Shown here one piece after another: positions 47,116-55,290 of a stretch of 60,504 bases of DNA. Position 1 is the stretch's first letter. Every line of letters begins with the position of its first letter. The translations under genes and the position numbers were made by a program. Below the pieces are notes generated by a model. The model was given only the letters and a program-made list of their open reading frames with translations, was not told the DNA's origin and ran no database searches. Origin of the DNA: Bdellovibrionota bacterium (GTDB taxonomy: Bacteria > Bdellovibrionota > UBA2428); NCBI GenBank assembly GCA_964201665.1, contig CAXNEW010000006.1, positions 1 through 60,504 of the forward strand, given 5' to 3'.

Positions 47116-47235
47116 GTCATCCCGACCGGCGTTTAATGTCATTCCGACCGGAGGGAGGAATCTCTAACGTTCTTGGCTGCTAAGCGCGGGGAGATCCCTC
47201 ACGTTGTTCGGGATGACTGGTCGGCTCGGGATGAC
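47116..47235. repeat. REP-like nested inverted repeat between convergent genes
   Basis: GTCATCCCGA (47116) and GTCATTCCGA (47138) pair with TCGGGATGAC (47208, 47226); inner GAGGAATCTC/GAGATCCCTC. Confidence 0.85.
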
Positions 47236-47241
47236 TGCATG

Positions 47242-48246
47242 TTACGGCGGGCTCCAGCTGAGGAGCGACTTGCTCGATAAAAAGCTCCAGGGATTTTTCT
47301 TGGCAAGGATTCTTGAGGCTAACTCTCTAGGAATTTCGTCACTTCGAAAGAGTCCCAAGAGATAGCCGCCGCAGCCTGCTCCTGTAATTTTTGCTCCCAG
47401 TATTCCTGGGAGTCGCCGGATTTCATTGGCCTGGTTGTCAATGGATTCCGTTGAGACCCCCAGTTGTGCCAAACGAAAATGGGAATCATTCATGATTTGC
47501 CCGAGTTCATTTTCATTTTCTAAATCAATAGCCTTTTTCATAAGCTCAACATTGGAGGCCAATTGGTCTAGTAAATTTCCCCAAATTAAGGGATCCCGTG
47601 CTTGCAGCCCAGAGACCCTTCTTTGTACCTCACGAGTGTTGTGTGAAACTCCCGTTGGAAAAAGTATAAAAATGAGATTTTTTTTCTTAAAAAACTGAGT
47701 GTCTAAAAAAGAATATCGAATTTCTGGTGTCTTAGAAAACACCAGGGGTCGACCCAAGCAAACCGTGAAGGGATCTATCCCGGAGGGGCTTTGATGATAA
47801 ATTTTTTCACCCTCCAAGGTGGCGCGGGCCAAGTCTTCAGAGTTGGGAACTTTAAAGTTCAAATCTAAAGTTTTAAAAAAGGCACACAATGAATTTGCCG
47901 TTGCAAAACCAAGGGCCGCAGACGAACCCAGCCCTGATCCTATCGGAATTGATGATTCAATGTTGACCCAACTAGCCTTTGGTAAACGACTTTCATGTTG
48001 GGCCAGAATTTTGGCAAGAGTGGAAAAAAGTTTTTGAAGAGTTTGCCATTCTTTCGCTAGACCGAAATATTGGGAATTGAGTGTGTAGCCCTCAAGTCCC
48101 CCGTTGCGTTGAGGGTCTTCGCCCCAACTTAACTTTAGCTCTACCTGTTCAAGTGGAAACGAAAGTGCACGACCTCGCGAAACTACAGAGTGTTCGCCGC
48201 CCAAAATAAATTTTCCTGGCGACTGGCCCGAAAAAATTCCGTCCAT
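47242..48246 (-). CDS. mvk: Mevalonate kinase
   Basis: PGKFILGGEHSVV, IPIGSGLGSSAA, PSGID, AKITGAGCGG. Confidence 0.9.
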   Translation of the reverse strand: MDGIFSGQSPGKFILGGEHSVVSRGRALSFPLEQVELKLSWGEDPQRNGGLEGYTLNSQYFGLAKEWQTLQKLFSTLAKILAQHESRLPKASWVNIESSIPIGSGLGSSAALGFATANSLCAFFKTLDLNFKVPNSEDLARATLEGEKIYHQSPSGIDPFTVCLGRPLVFSKTPEIRYSFLDTQFFKKKNLIFILFPTGVSHNTREVQRRVSGLQARDPLIWGNLLDQLASNVELMKKAIDLENENELGQIMNDSHFRLAQLGVSTESIDNQANEIRRLPGILGAKITGAGCGGYLLGLFRSDEIPRELASRILAKKNPWSFLSSKSLLSWSPP

Positions 48247-48247
48247 G

Positions 48248-48898
48248 CTACAGGCGAGGGGCCAGCATCCACAGCGTGAGTCCAAGGGAAAGTACAGCGA
48301 AGCTTTGGGTCCAAACGGCCTGACCCAGGTCCCTCTTTTGAAACACGAAAGCTCCGGCTAAACCCACAACTAAGCTACCAAAAAAAACTCCAGCAGATTG
48401 CGACCCAATTCCCAGAATCAAGGAATCGACAAAACAGAGGCTCCACAAACCCCAATCCTTTTGGAGACAGGCTCTTGAGAAAAGTGCCCAAAGCGGGGTC
48501 CAAAAAAGTCCCAAAACAAAAATATCAAGTAGCGTAAAGGTCGAAACCTGAGCCAAAAGATCCTGAGACCAGGCTAAAGGGCCACCGCTAAAAATCACTG
48601 TTGAAACCGCCGACTGCCCCGAAGCCCAGTAAATTAAAATTCCAGGTATGAGCGCTGCCGACAAACCAAAGATTAAACCCCAAACAAGGGATTTGGGGCT
48701 CAAAAGTAATTCCCGATTATTTCCCCATTCCTTCCAGGTAAATAGAAAATAGAGAGGCGCAATAAACAAAATACGTGAACCGAAATTTTCGATTTGGCCG
48801 CCTGCTAGAGCCCAAAGGAGGCCAATGCAAAGTAGGCCAAAGCCAGCTTTTTTTCTGATTTCGTCGCGAGTTCCCAAAAAATACATAAGTCCGTCCAT
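48248..48898 (-). CDS. Multi-TM membrane protein, degenerate CPBP/Abi-like
   Basis: About 7 hydrophobic segments; PLWALFSRACLQ aligns by eye to PxxEExxFRGxLQ without the glutamates. Confidence 0.45.
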   Translation of the reverse strand: MDGLMYFLGTRDEIRKKAGFGLLCIGLLWALAGGQIENFGSRILFIAPLYFLFTWKEWGNNRELLLSPKSLVWGLIFGLSAALIPGILIYWASGQSAVSTVIFSGGPLAWSQDLLAQVSTFTLLDIFVLGLFWTPLWALFSRACLQKDWGLWSLCFVDSLILGIGSQSAGVFFGSLVVGLAGAFVFQKRDLGQAVWTQSFAVLSLGLTLWMLAPRL

Positions 48899-48954
48899 AG
48901 GATAAATAATCTAGCAGGCTGCTCGAAAAGTGGCGACCAGCGGCCGGGCGAATT

Positions 48955-49962
48955 TTAGAAGAGTTTCGGGCCGTGGCCAGCGTAATCTTCCCAGATTTCA
49001 AAGTTTTTAAGACCCAAATTTATGGCTATTTTTTTAAGTTCATTTTGAATAGGTCGTACTGATAGAAAATGAATATTAGGGCCGGCATCGAGTGTGAAAA
49101 AAAAGTCCCTTCTTTCAGGCGGACCCAAGGCTTCCAAAAACTTCAGAGTGTCAGTAATTAAATAATCGGCCGAAGGATTTCCGCTGCGGGCAACGGCGTG
49201 CAGTTCAAGGGCCTCTTGTTCAATCAGAGGCCCGAGTGTTGCTAAGCTTTGACTTTCAAGAGCTTCCAAGATTTTTTGACTGCGAAGTGGGAGGGCCAGT
49301 TGTCTTTTTGAAAAAAGTGGACTCGTTGTAGCAGCCACATGCCCTAGACTTGAAGGAATTTTTTTGTGCTCCTTTGACACTATCAAAAGGGTATCAAAAA
49401 GTTTCCACTCCAAGGGAAGTTTTCGGGCTGACGGGCCTTCCCAAAAAACCCAGGGGCCCTCAAGGCTGCGACATGCCGAGCCCGAACCTCTGCGCGCAAG
49501 CTGAGACAGATCTTGAACTCCAGAACTCAGCATGATTTGGGCTTTATCTTTGCCTAAGGCTAAGGCGGTAAAACCCAATGTCATTGCTGCGAAGGCGGAT
49601 GCTGAGGAAGCCATGCCGGTTCCCATCGGAAAATTATTTGTGGAATGGATTGCAAAACCCTTTTCGACAAACGGGCTGAGGTCGGTTTTAAAAAAATCAA
49701 AAACGCGATTTAAATGTTTTTCAATTTTAAGTTTATCGTTTTCAGTGGGTGGCTTGTTTTGAACTAAAAACTCAATGGAATTGGGTTTTGTTGTTGGAAA
49801 AATCTCAACTTCAGTCAAAGCCCTCGATAGAGTCATACTGAGCGAGGGATTGGTAGCAAGATTGCGATCGAAGTCATTTTTGGGGTCTGTTTCAAGTTTT
49901 CCCCAATACTTGATAAGCGCAATATTCGGTGAAGCTTGGACTTTGATTTTTTCAAAACTCAT
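48955..49962 (-). CDS. mvaD: Diphosphomevalonate decarboxylase
   Basis: SPNIALIKYWGK, GMASSAS, RRGSGSACRS, TLDAGPNIH. Confidence 0.95.
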   Translation of the reverse strand: MSFEKIKVQASPNIALIKYWGKLETDPKNDFDRNLATNPSLSMTLSRALTEVEIFPTTKPNSIEFLVQNKPPTENDKLKIEKHLNRVFDFFKTDLSPFVEKGFAIHSTNNFPMGTGMASSASAFAAMTLGFTALALGKDKAQIMLSSGVQDLSQLARRGSGSACRSLEGPWVFWEGPSARKLPLEWKLFDTLLIVSKEHKKIPSSLGHVAATTSPLFSKRQLALPLRSQKILEALESQSLATLGPLIEQEALELHAVARSGNPSADYLITDTLKFLEALGPPERRDFFFTLDAGPNIHFLSVRPIQNELKKIAINLGLKNFEIWEDYAGHGPKLF

Positions 49963-50968
49963 GGCTTTTGGCTCCTTCAGTAAAAAATTTACCTGAGTAG
50001 ATATTGCCGAGTTCGTGGGCATTTACAAAACGAACAAACTCTTTCTGTTTTTCGCTAGGTACCCACAAAAGCAGGCAGTCGCCGCCACCAGCCCCGGTTG
50101 TTTTAAAAGCCTCAATCAAATGGTTATCAAACAAAAGTCTGCGGCAATTTAAAACCTCAGGGGTGTGTATCAGCGGTAGTCCTTCAAAGGATAAATAGGC
50201 ATTGTTTATTGATTCAATCCATTGAGTGTCTGAGACATTGCCCTCAAAGTCGATTTTGTTTAAAAAATTCTGAGTTGTAAATCGCAAATTTTGCAGCGCG
50301 TGGGTAGGGGGCTTTTCCTTTTTTAGAGATGCGGCAGTGAGCTTTTTTTTGCCGGTTCTTAAGAAGTAAAGATTTGTTGGAAGTTTTTTCAGTCTCCCGG
50401 GGTGAGGCTGATTTTGATTCATTTCAACACTCCTTCCCCAAAGTTGAGTTGCAAGATCTAAGCCAGAGCCCAGGCCACTTTGAAAACTTCGTAGGGCCTC
50501 CTTGCCAATTTCAAAAGATTTATGGATTGAAGGAATCCAATGTTGGTTTCTAAAAAAAGCGAGCCAGCAAGCTACAAGGGCACTACTGGATCCGAGTCCG
50601 TGTTCCAAAGGCCACTCACAATGAAAACTCAAATCCCAGCCTGGACTTTGTGATTCCAAAAAAAATTTAAATTCAGGGAGGCTTTTGTAAAAAAATCTTA
50701 TTGTGTTTAGTAAGGGAAACCAAAATTTTTCATGGGGGGGCAGGGCTTCTTGGTTAAAAAAATCTTTGGTTAAATCAAGCGGTAAAGTTGGCCCAAACTG
50801 GGACAGGTTTTGAAGTCTTAGCCGAGGCAAATCACAAGGTTCAATTTTCAGGTTAAAGCGAGGGGCCACTGCAATCGATAGAGCGGGTCCACCGTCTAAA
50901 ACATCCCACTCACCAAAAAGAATTATTTTTCCTGGTGCGGAATATATTAAGTTACGAGGCTTCGCCAC
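49952..50968 (-). CDS. Phosphomevalonate kinase-like GHMP kinase
   Basis: SAPGKIILFGEW, GLGSSSA, GSGLD, KTTGAGGGDC; operon context. Confidence 0.82.
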   Translation of the reverse strand: MAKPRNLIYSAPGKIILFGEWDVLDGGPALSIAVAPRFNLKIEPCDLPRLRLQNLSQFGPTLPLDLTKDFFNQEALPPHEKFWFPLLNTIRFFYKSLPEFKFFLESQSPGWDLSFHCEWPLEHGLGSSSALVACWLAFFRNQHWIPSIHKSFEIGKEALRSFQSGLGSGLDLATQLWGRSVEMNQNQPHPGRLKKLPTNLYFLRTGKKKLTAASLKKEKPPTHALQNLRFTTQNFLNKIDFEGNVSDTQWIESINNAYLSFEGLPLIHTPEVLNCRRLLFDNHLIEAFKTTGAGGGDCLLLWVPSEKQKEFVRFVNAHELGNIYSGKFFTEGAKSHEF

Positions 50969-52355
50969 GTCTCAAATTGGGCCCCAGGCTAACAACTTCA
51001 GAAATTGTTTGGGCCCGAATAGAACTCAGAATTTTTTCAGCAGCCGAGGCAGATACCCGTTTTTCAATGACCATTTGATTGGCCACAACTTCAACCTCGT
51101 TTCCACGGGCTCCAGCAGCAAGGGACAAGTTTTTGGCGTGAAGTTTCATGTGCCCCCGCTGAATTCCAGTTGTGACGAGGGCTCTTAGGGCTGCCAAATT
51201 TGAAGCCAAGCCGGCGCATGCCATAAGGCACCCTAATTCTACAGATGAGGGATTTCCTAAAATACGCAGACCAAGTTGGGCCAAGGGATGCAATCGAGTT
51301 ACACCGCCAACAGTGCCGAGTTGGATAGGAATTTCGAGCTCGCCCTCGAGGCGTTTTTTATCGGCCGACATTCGCCAGCGGCTTAAGGCTCGGTATTGGC
51401 CAGTGCGAGCGGCATAGGCATGGCAACCGCTCTCGATGGCTCTCCAATCATTGCCTGTGGCAATTGCGACGGGATCAACTCCGTTCATAATTCCTTTGTT
51501 GTGAGTGGTTGCGCGATAGGGGTCTTCCCAGGCAAAAATAGCGGCTTCATGGATGCGGCGGGCAACCTCAAGGCCAGTAATTTCATCAGTGAGTTCTTTA
51601 ACTTGTAGAACCTCAGGTAGGACTCGAACACGAGCTTTAAATATTTTTCGATCTGCAAGATTTGAGAGGATTCTTAAACCGACTCGACCGCCAGAAAGAA
51701 TTGCAATCTCGGGGGCAAGTTTTTCACAAATTGTATTTATAAGATTTGCTCCCATAGCATCTCGAGTATCGACCAAAACGTGCACCACCATGAATGGAAT
51801 TTCAGCGTTGGGAAACTTGCGAACTTCAAGGGAGCGAGCTCCGCCGCCTCTCATGACCAGACGTGGATGAGTTTGATTTGCAAGCTCAAGCAATTGTTTT
51901 TGGTGCCGCAAAATTTCGAGCTCTGCGTGGTCAAATTCTTCTGAGGGTAAATCAAGAATCTGGATCTGGCCGATCATCAGATTATCAACACAAAGAGCCT
52001 CAAAACCCCCCGAATCATAAATCCAGCGAGCGGCATTGCTTGCGGCTGCAACAACAGAGCTTTCTTCAACAGCCATGGGCAAAACGAAGTCGCGCCCGTT
52101 GACTTTAAAGTTGGTGGCAATTCCTAACGGTAGCGGATAAGAGCCTATGGCATTTTCAATAAAGAGATCTGCTAGATCAAAAGATAGCGAGCCGTCCTGA
52201 CCGAGGATTCGAGTCTGATCTACCGGTAAGTCGGTAAAGGCCCTTAGGGCATCAATTCGCTCGCCGCGGTCGAGTTTGAAAAATCCCTTGAGGCGACTCG
52301 AACGAATGGGGGTGTCGGAGGGTTTTGTAAAAATTTCTTTGGGGGTTTCGCTCAT
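50952..52355 (-). CDS. mvaA: HMG-CoA reductase, class II
   Basis: IENAIG, EESSVVAA, DAMGAN, THNKG, GIQRGHMKLH. Confidence 0.96.
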   Translation of the reverse strand: MSETPKEIFTKPSDTPIRSSRLKGFFKLDRGERIDALRAFTDLPVDQTRILGQDGSLSFDLADLFIENAIGSYPLPLGIATNFKVNGRDFVLPMAVEESSVVAAASNAARWIYDSGGFEALCVDNLMIGQIQILDLPSEEFDHAELEILRHQKQLLELANQTHPRLVMRGGGARSLEVRKFPNAEIPFMVVHVLVDTRDAMGANLINTICEKLAPEIAILSGGRVGLRILSNLADRKIFKARVRVLPEVLQVKELTDEITGLEVARRIHEAAIFAWEDPYRATTHNKGIMNGVDPVAIATGNDWRAIESGCHAYAARTGQYRALSRWRMSADKKRLEGELEIPIQLGTVGGVTRLHPLAQLGLRILGNPSSVELGCLMACAGLASNLAALRALVTTGIQRGHMKLHAKNLSLAAGARGNEVEVVANQMVIEKRVSASAAEKILSSIRAQTISEVVSLGPNLRRGEAS

Positions 52356-53392
52356 ACAACATTCAGCTCCCTGGGATTTTTTAATCCGCTACAAAAAAGT
52401 GCAATCCGAAGTTCTTCACAAGTTTTGTTAAAAAACTTTTCAAGTGACTTAGGTCCGGCCTCTGCGGCTTTCAAAAAGGGCAGAGCAAGTCCGCAAAACT
52501 GAGCGCCGAGACTAAGGGCGCGCGCAGTATCGAGTCCATTTCGGATGCCGCCGGATGCGATGATTGGAAAATGGGGGCCCACGGCTTGGCGGGCTTCCAA
52601 GAGTGCTTGCGGGGTAGGGCGGCCCCAGTTTCGAAAAGTATTGCCCAATTCTTTTCTAGATTTGTTTCGAAGGCCTTCAATAAAACCCCAGTGAGTTCCA
52701 CCAAGACCTGCAATATCCAAAGCATCAAAACCGCAATTTACTGCGCGTTTACAAGTTTTGGGGTCAAGTCCGCAGCCAGTTTCTTTTAAAATCAAGGGCA
52801 CCGAAATTCTTTCTGCAACCACCTCGAGCTTGGTCCAAAGTTCGGAAAAATTTCTATCCCCTTCGGCCTGAATGGCCTCCTGAAGGGGATTGCAATGAAC
52901 AATTAAAGCTTGAGCCTGAAGGTCGTCGACAAGTTTTAAAAGTTGGTCAGGACTCACTCCGTAATTGAGTTGAACGGCACCAATATTTGCCCAAAGTTGG
53001 GCCTTCGGCGCTTTCTTGCGAAGTTTGCGAGCATGAGTGTCTTTCTTGTTTTCAATCATGTACCGCTGTGAGCCGAGTCCCATGGGGATATTGGCATTCT
53101 GCGCAAACACAGCCAGGGTTTCATTAAGAGTGTTTCCCTTTTTGCTTCCGCCGGTCATTGAAGAAATCAGAAAAGGCGAAGAGAAAACATGGCCTAAAAA
53201 TTCTGTTTCCAGACTGATTTCAGAAAAATCAATTTCTGGAAGAGCTTTATGGGGCAAGGTAATTTCATCCCACGAAATTTTAAAACCGCTTTGAACATCC
53301 CGTTTTAGGCAAAGATCGATGTGATCGTCTTTGCGGCTGAGCGTTTGATTGTAGCTCGAGGTTGTTATTCGGGGATTTTCAAACCGTGGCAT
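52352..53392 (-). CDS. fni: Type 2 isopentenyl-diphosphate isomerase
   Basis: RKDDHI, SMTGG, NPLQEAIQAEGD, KETGCG, ASGGIR. Confidence 0.95.
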   Translation of the reverse strand: MPRFENPRITTSSYNQTLSRKDDHIDLCLKRDVQSGFKISWDEITLPHKALPEIDFSEISLETEFLGHVFSSPFLISSMTGGSKKGNTLNETLAVFAQNANIPMGLGSQRYMIENKKDTHARKLRKKAPKAQLWANIGAVQLNYGVSPDQLLKLVDDLQAQALIVHCNPLQEAIQAEGDRNFSELWTKLEVVAERISVPLILKETGCGLDPKTCKRAVNCGFDALDIAGLGGTHWGFIEGLRNKSRKELGNTFRNWGRPTPQALLEARQAVGPHFPIIASGGIRNGLDTARALSLGAQFCGLALPFLKAAEAGPKSLEKFFNKTCEELRIALFCSGLKNPRELNVV

Positions 53393-54497
53393 GATGGCCC
53401 TGTGTATTTGAAAATTTATTTTCTAATGCAAGATTCAAACCTGCATCTGCTCTATGGCGAATGGCCTCAAGGGCCCAGTCGAGATCTTTTTTAATTTGAA
53501 ATTTATTTAGAATATTTTCTGCCTGAGTCATGTGATTGTTAAATTCAATCTTGCAGGTTTCTAAAACTCGGGGCCGCCGTAAAAGGTTTAAAATTTGTTC
53601 AATAAACCTGCGCATTTTTTCATTAGAAATTCCCTCGGGTGGCCGCAGAGCGATCCACAAATCTTTAAGTTCGGTAGATTCAGCAGTATCCAAAACTTCA
53701 GCAGCCACAATCAGGGGAAGCGGAGGGGCGCTTTCGCACCACTGACGAAGGAGGGCGTCGTTTGCGGTGTTGGGATCCATGTCAAAAGTATCTAAAAGAT
53801 CATCAGCAATTTGAAACGCGAATCCCAAGGTTGAACCCAATTCAAACGTGGGTCTCAGGTTTTCAATTCCTGCAAGCCAAGCGCCGGTGCCCGTGCACCA
53901 TGCAAAAAGAGCACCTGTTTTAGCCCGAGTAATTTTTTCAAATTGTTCCCGATTGAGTGTGCGATTTGAAACACTCAAGTGCTGCATAAGTTCGCCCTCA
54001 ACAAGGCTTTTCACCGTGTAGGCTAGGTTTTTTGAGGGTTCTAAAAGTCCACGATCCATGAGCAGGGCAAAAGCTTCGGCATAAACAAAATCGCCAACAA
54101 GCACGGCTACCTTGTTTCCTTCAATGAGATGGGCAGCAGGAAAATTTCGCCTTGTGGGGGAGGCATCCAAAACGTCGTCGTGAAAAAGTGTTGCTGTATG
54201 AACCCACTCGGCAACAGCTCCTAGAAACGGGATATGGTCAGCATCTCCTCGTGGATTGAGACTAGATTGCGACTTACAAAGGCTTCGATAAATTAAACTC
54301 ATTAAGAACGGGCGAATTCTTTTGCCGCCGGCGGAAACTAAACGAGACGCGACTTCCGTTGGAAGGGCGAGTTGAGACCTTACACTTTCAGCAAGGAGCT
54401 CTTCCGTGCGCGCCAAATCCATCAGACACAGTGAATTAATACTTTCGTGGATCCCTTCGCCGGGTATCACCGGCGGGGATTCGGGAAGTCCGAACAT
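53379..54497 (-). CDS. Trans-polyprenyl diphosphate synthase
   Basis: GGKRIRP, FARM HDDVLD..RR, AVLVGD, KTG, SARM FQIADDLLD; small residues before FARM suggest a long-chain product. Confidence 0.9.
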   Translation of the reverse strand: MFGLPESPPVIPGEGIHESINSLCLMDLARTEELLAESVRSQLALPTEVASRLVSAGGKRIRPFLMSLIYRSLCKSQSSLNPRGDADHIPFLGAVAEWVHTATLFHDDVLDASPTRRNFPAAHLIEGNKVAVLVGDFVYAEAFALLMDRGLLEPSKNLAYTVKSLVEGELMQHLSVSNRTLNREQFEKITRAKTGALFAWCTGTGAWLAGIENLRPTFELGSTLGFAFQIADDLLDTFDMDPNTANDALLRQWCESAPPLPLIVAAEVLDTAESTELKDLWIALRPPEGISNEKMRRFIEQILNLLRRPRVLETCKIEFNNHMTQAENILNKFQIKKDLDWALEAIRHRADAGLNLALENKFSNTQGHHATV

Positions 54498-54504
54498 AGA
54501 ACTC

Positions 54505-55173
54505 TCAAGACCTAGTTCGGTTTAAGGCCATTGCCAACGGGTTTGCAGGTTTGAGCATCGAAAATAGGGTCTTAATATCGAGTCGCCCTTGCGAAACAAA
54601 ACCATTGAGCAAAACCAAGGCTTCATCGGTAATACCCGCTAAATCCTCTAGCCGAATTTTTTGAAACTGGCGGGTGCGTTTGCTTCTGAGTTCAGGCTTA
54701 GACAAGGCCTCAGATTCAAGAGCCTTCATGGCTTCCTGTATTTGCTCTCGAACTCTTTCCATTTGGGTCTTTTCTCGTTCTTGAAATACTTTCCTAATCA
54801 TTTTCCAAACATCATGTTCGGCCACATAATAGTCGCGCCTTTGACCGACGGGACTTAGTCGTCTAACGACTCCCCACCTTAGAAGTTCTTGAAGAGTCAT
54901 TGAAACAAGGGCTGGAGAAACTTTCAGAAATTTGCAAATGTCTCGGGCTGTTGCAGGTTCGGGGCAAAGATAAAGAAAAGCCCACATATTTCCCATTGTG
55001 CGTTTGAACCCCCAGGATTCAATAATTTGGCCAATCGCCTCGCAAGTTTTGTGAATGGCTTCAAGGCTGCCAGGACCAAATTCGAGTTGCCCAGGGGCTG
55101 GAATGCCAGTTTCGTCGTCAATATCCTCGAGTTGGAGAAAATTATCGGGTGCCTGTTGTTTCATAATGTTCAT
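54505..55173 (-). CDS. GbsR/MarR-family transcriptional regulator
   Basis: WGFKRTMGNMWAFLYL..VSMTLQELLRWGVV..RRDYYVAE; start at 55173 or 55164. Confidence 0.88.
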   Translation of the reverse strand: MNIMKQQAPDNFLQLEDIDDETGIPAPGQLEFGPGSLEAIHKTCEAIGQIIESWGFKRTMGNMWAFLYLCPEPATARDICKFLKVSPALVSMTLQELLRWGVVRRLSPVGQRRDYYVAEHDVWKMIRKVFQEREKTQMERVREQIQEAMKALESEALSKPELRSKRTRQFQKIRLEDLAGITDEALVLLNGFVSQGRLDIKTLFSMLKPANPLAMALNRTRS

Positions 55174-55197
55174 AACTTTATGAACATTATGAAACAA
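55156..55197. promoter_or_regulatory. Perfect 20-2-20 palindrome, probable operator
   Basis: TTGTTTCATAATGTTCATAA-CT-TTATGAACATTATGAAACAA overlapping the regulator start. Confidence 0.85.
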
Positions 55198-55290
55198 TTG
55201 AAAGGTCCAAATGCGTGACTTTACAAATGCAGACACACCAAATAAATAAACACAATAAAAACGGAGCCTTACTTGTTTTTGCGGCGCAAG

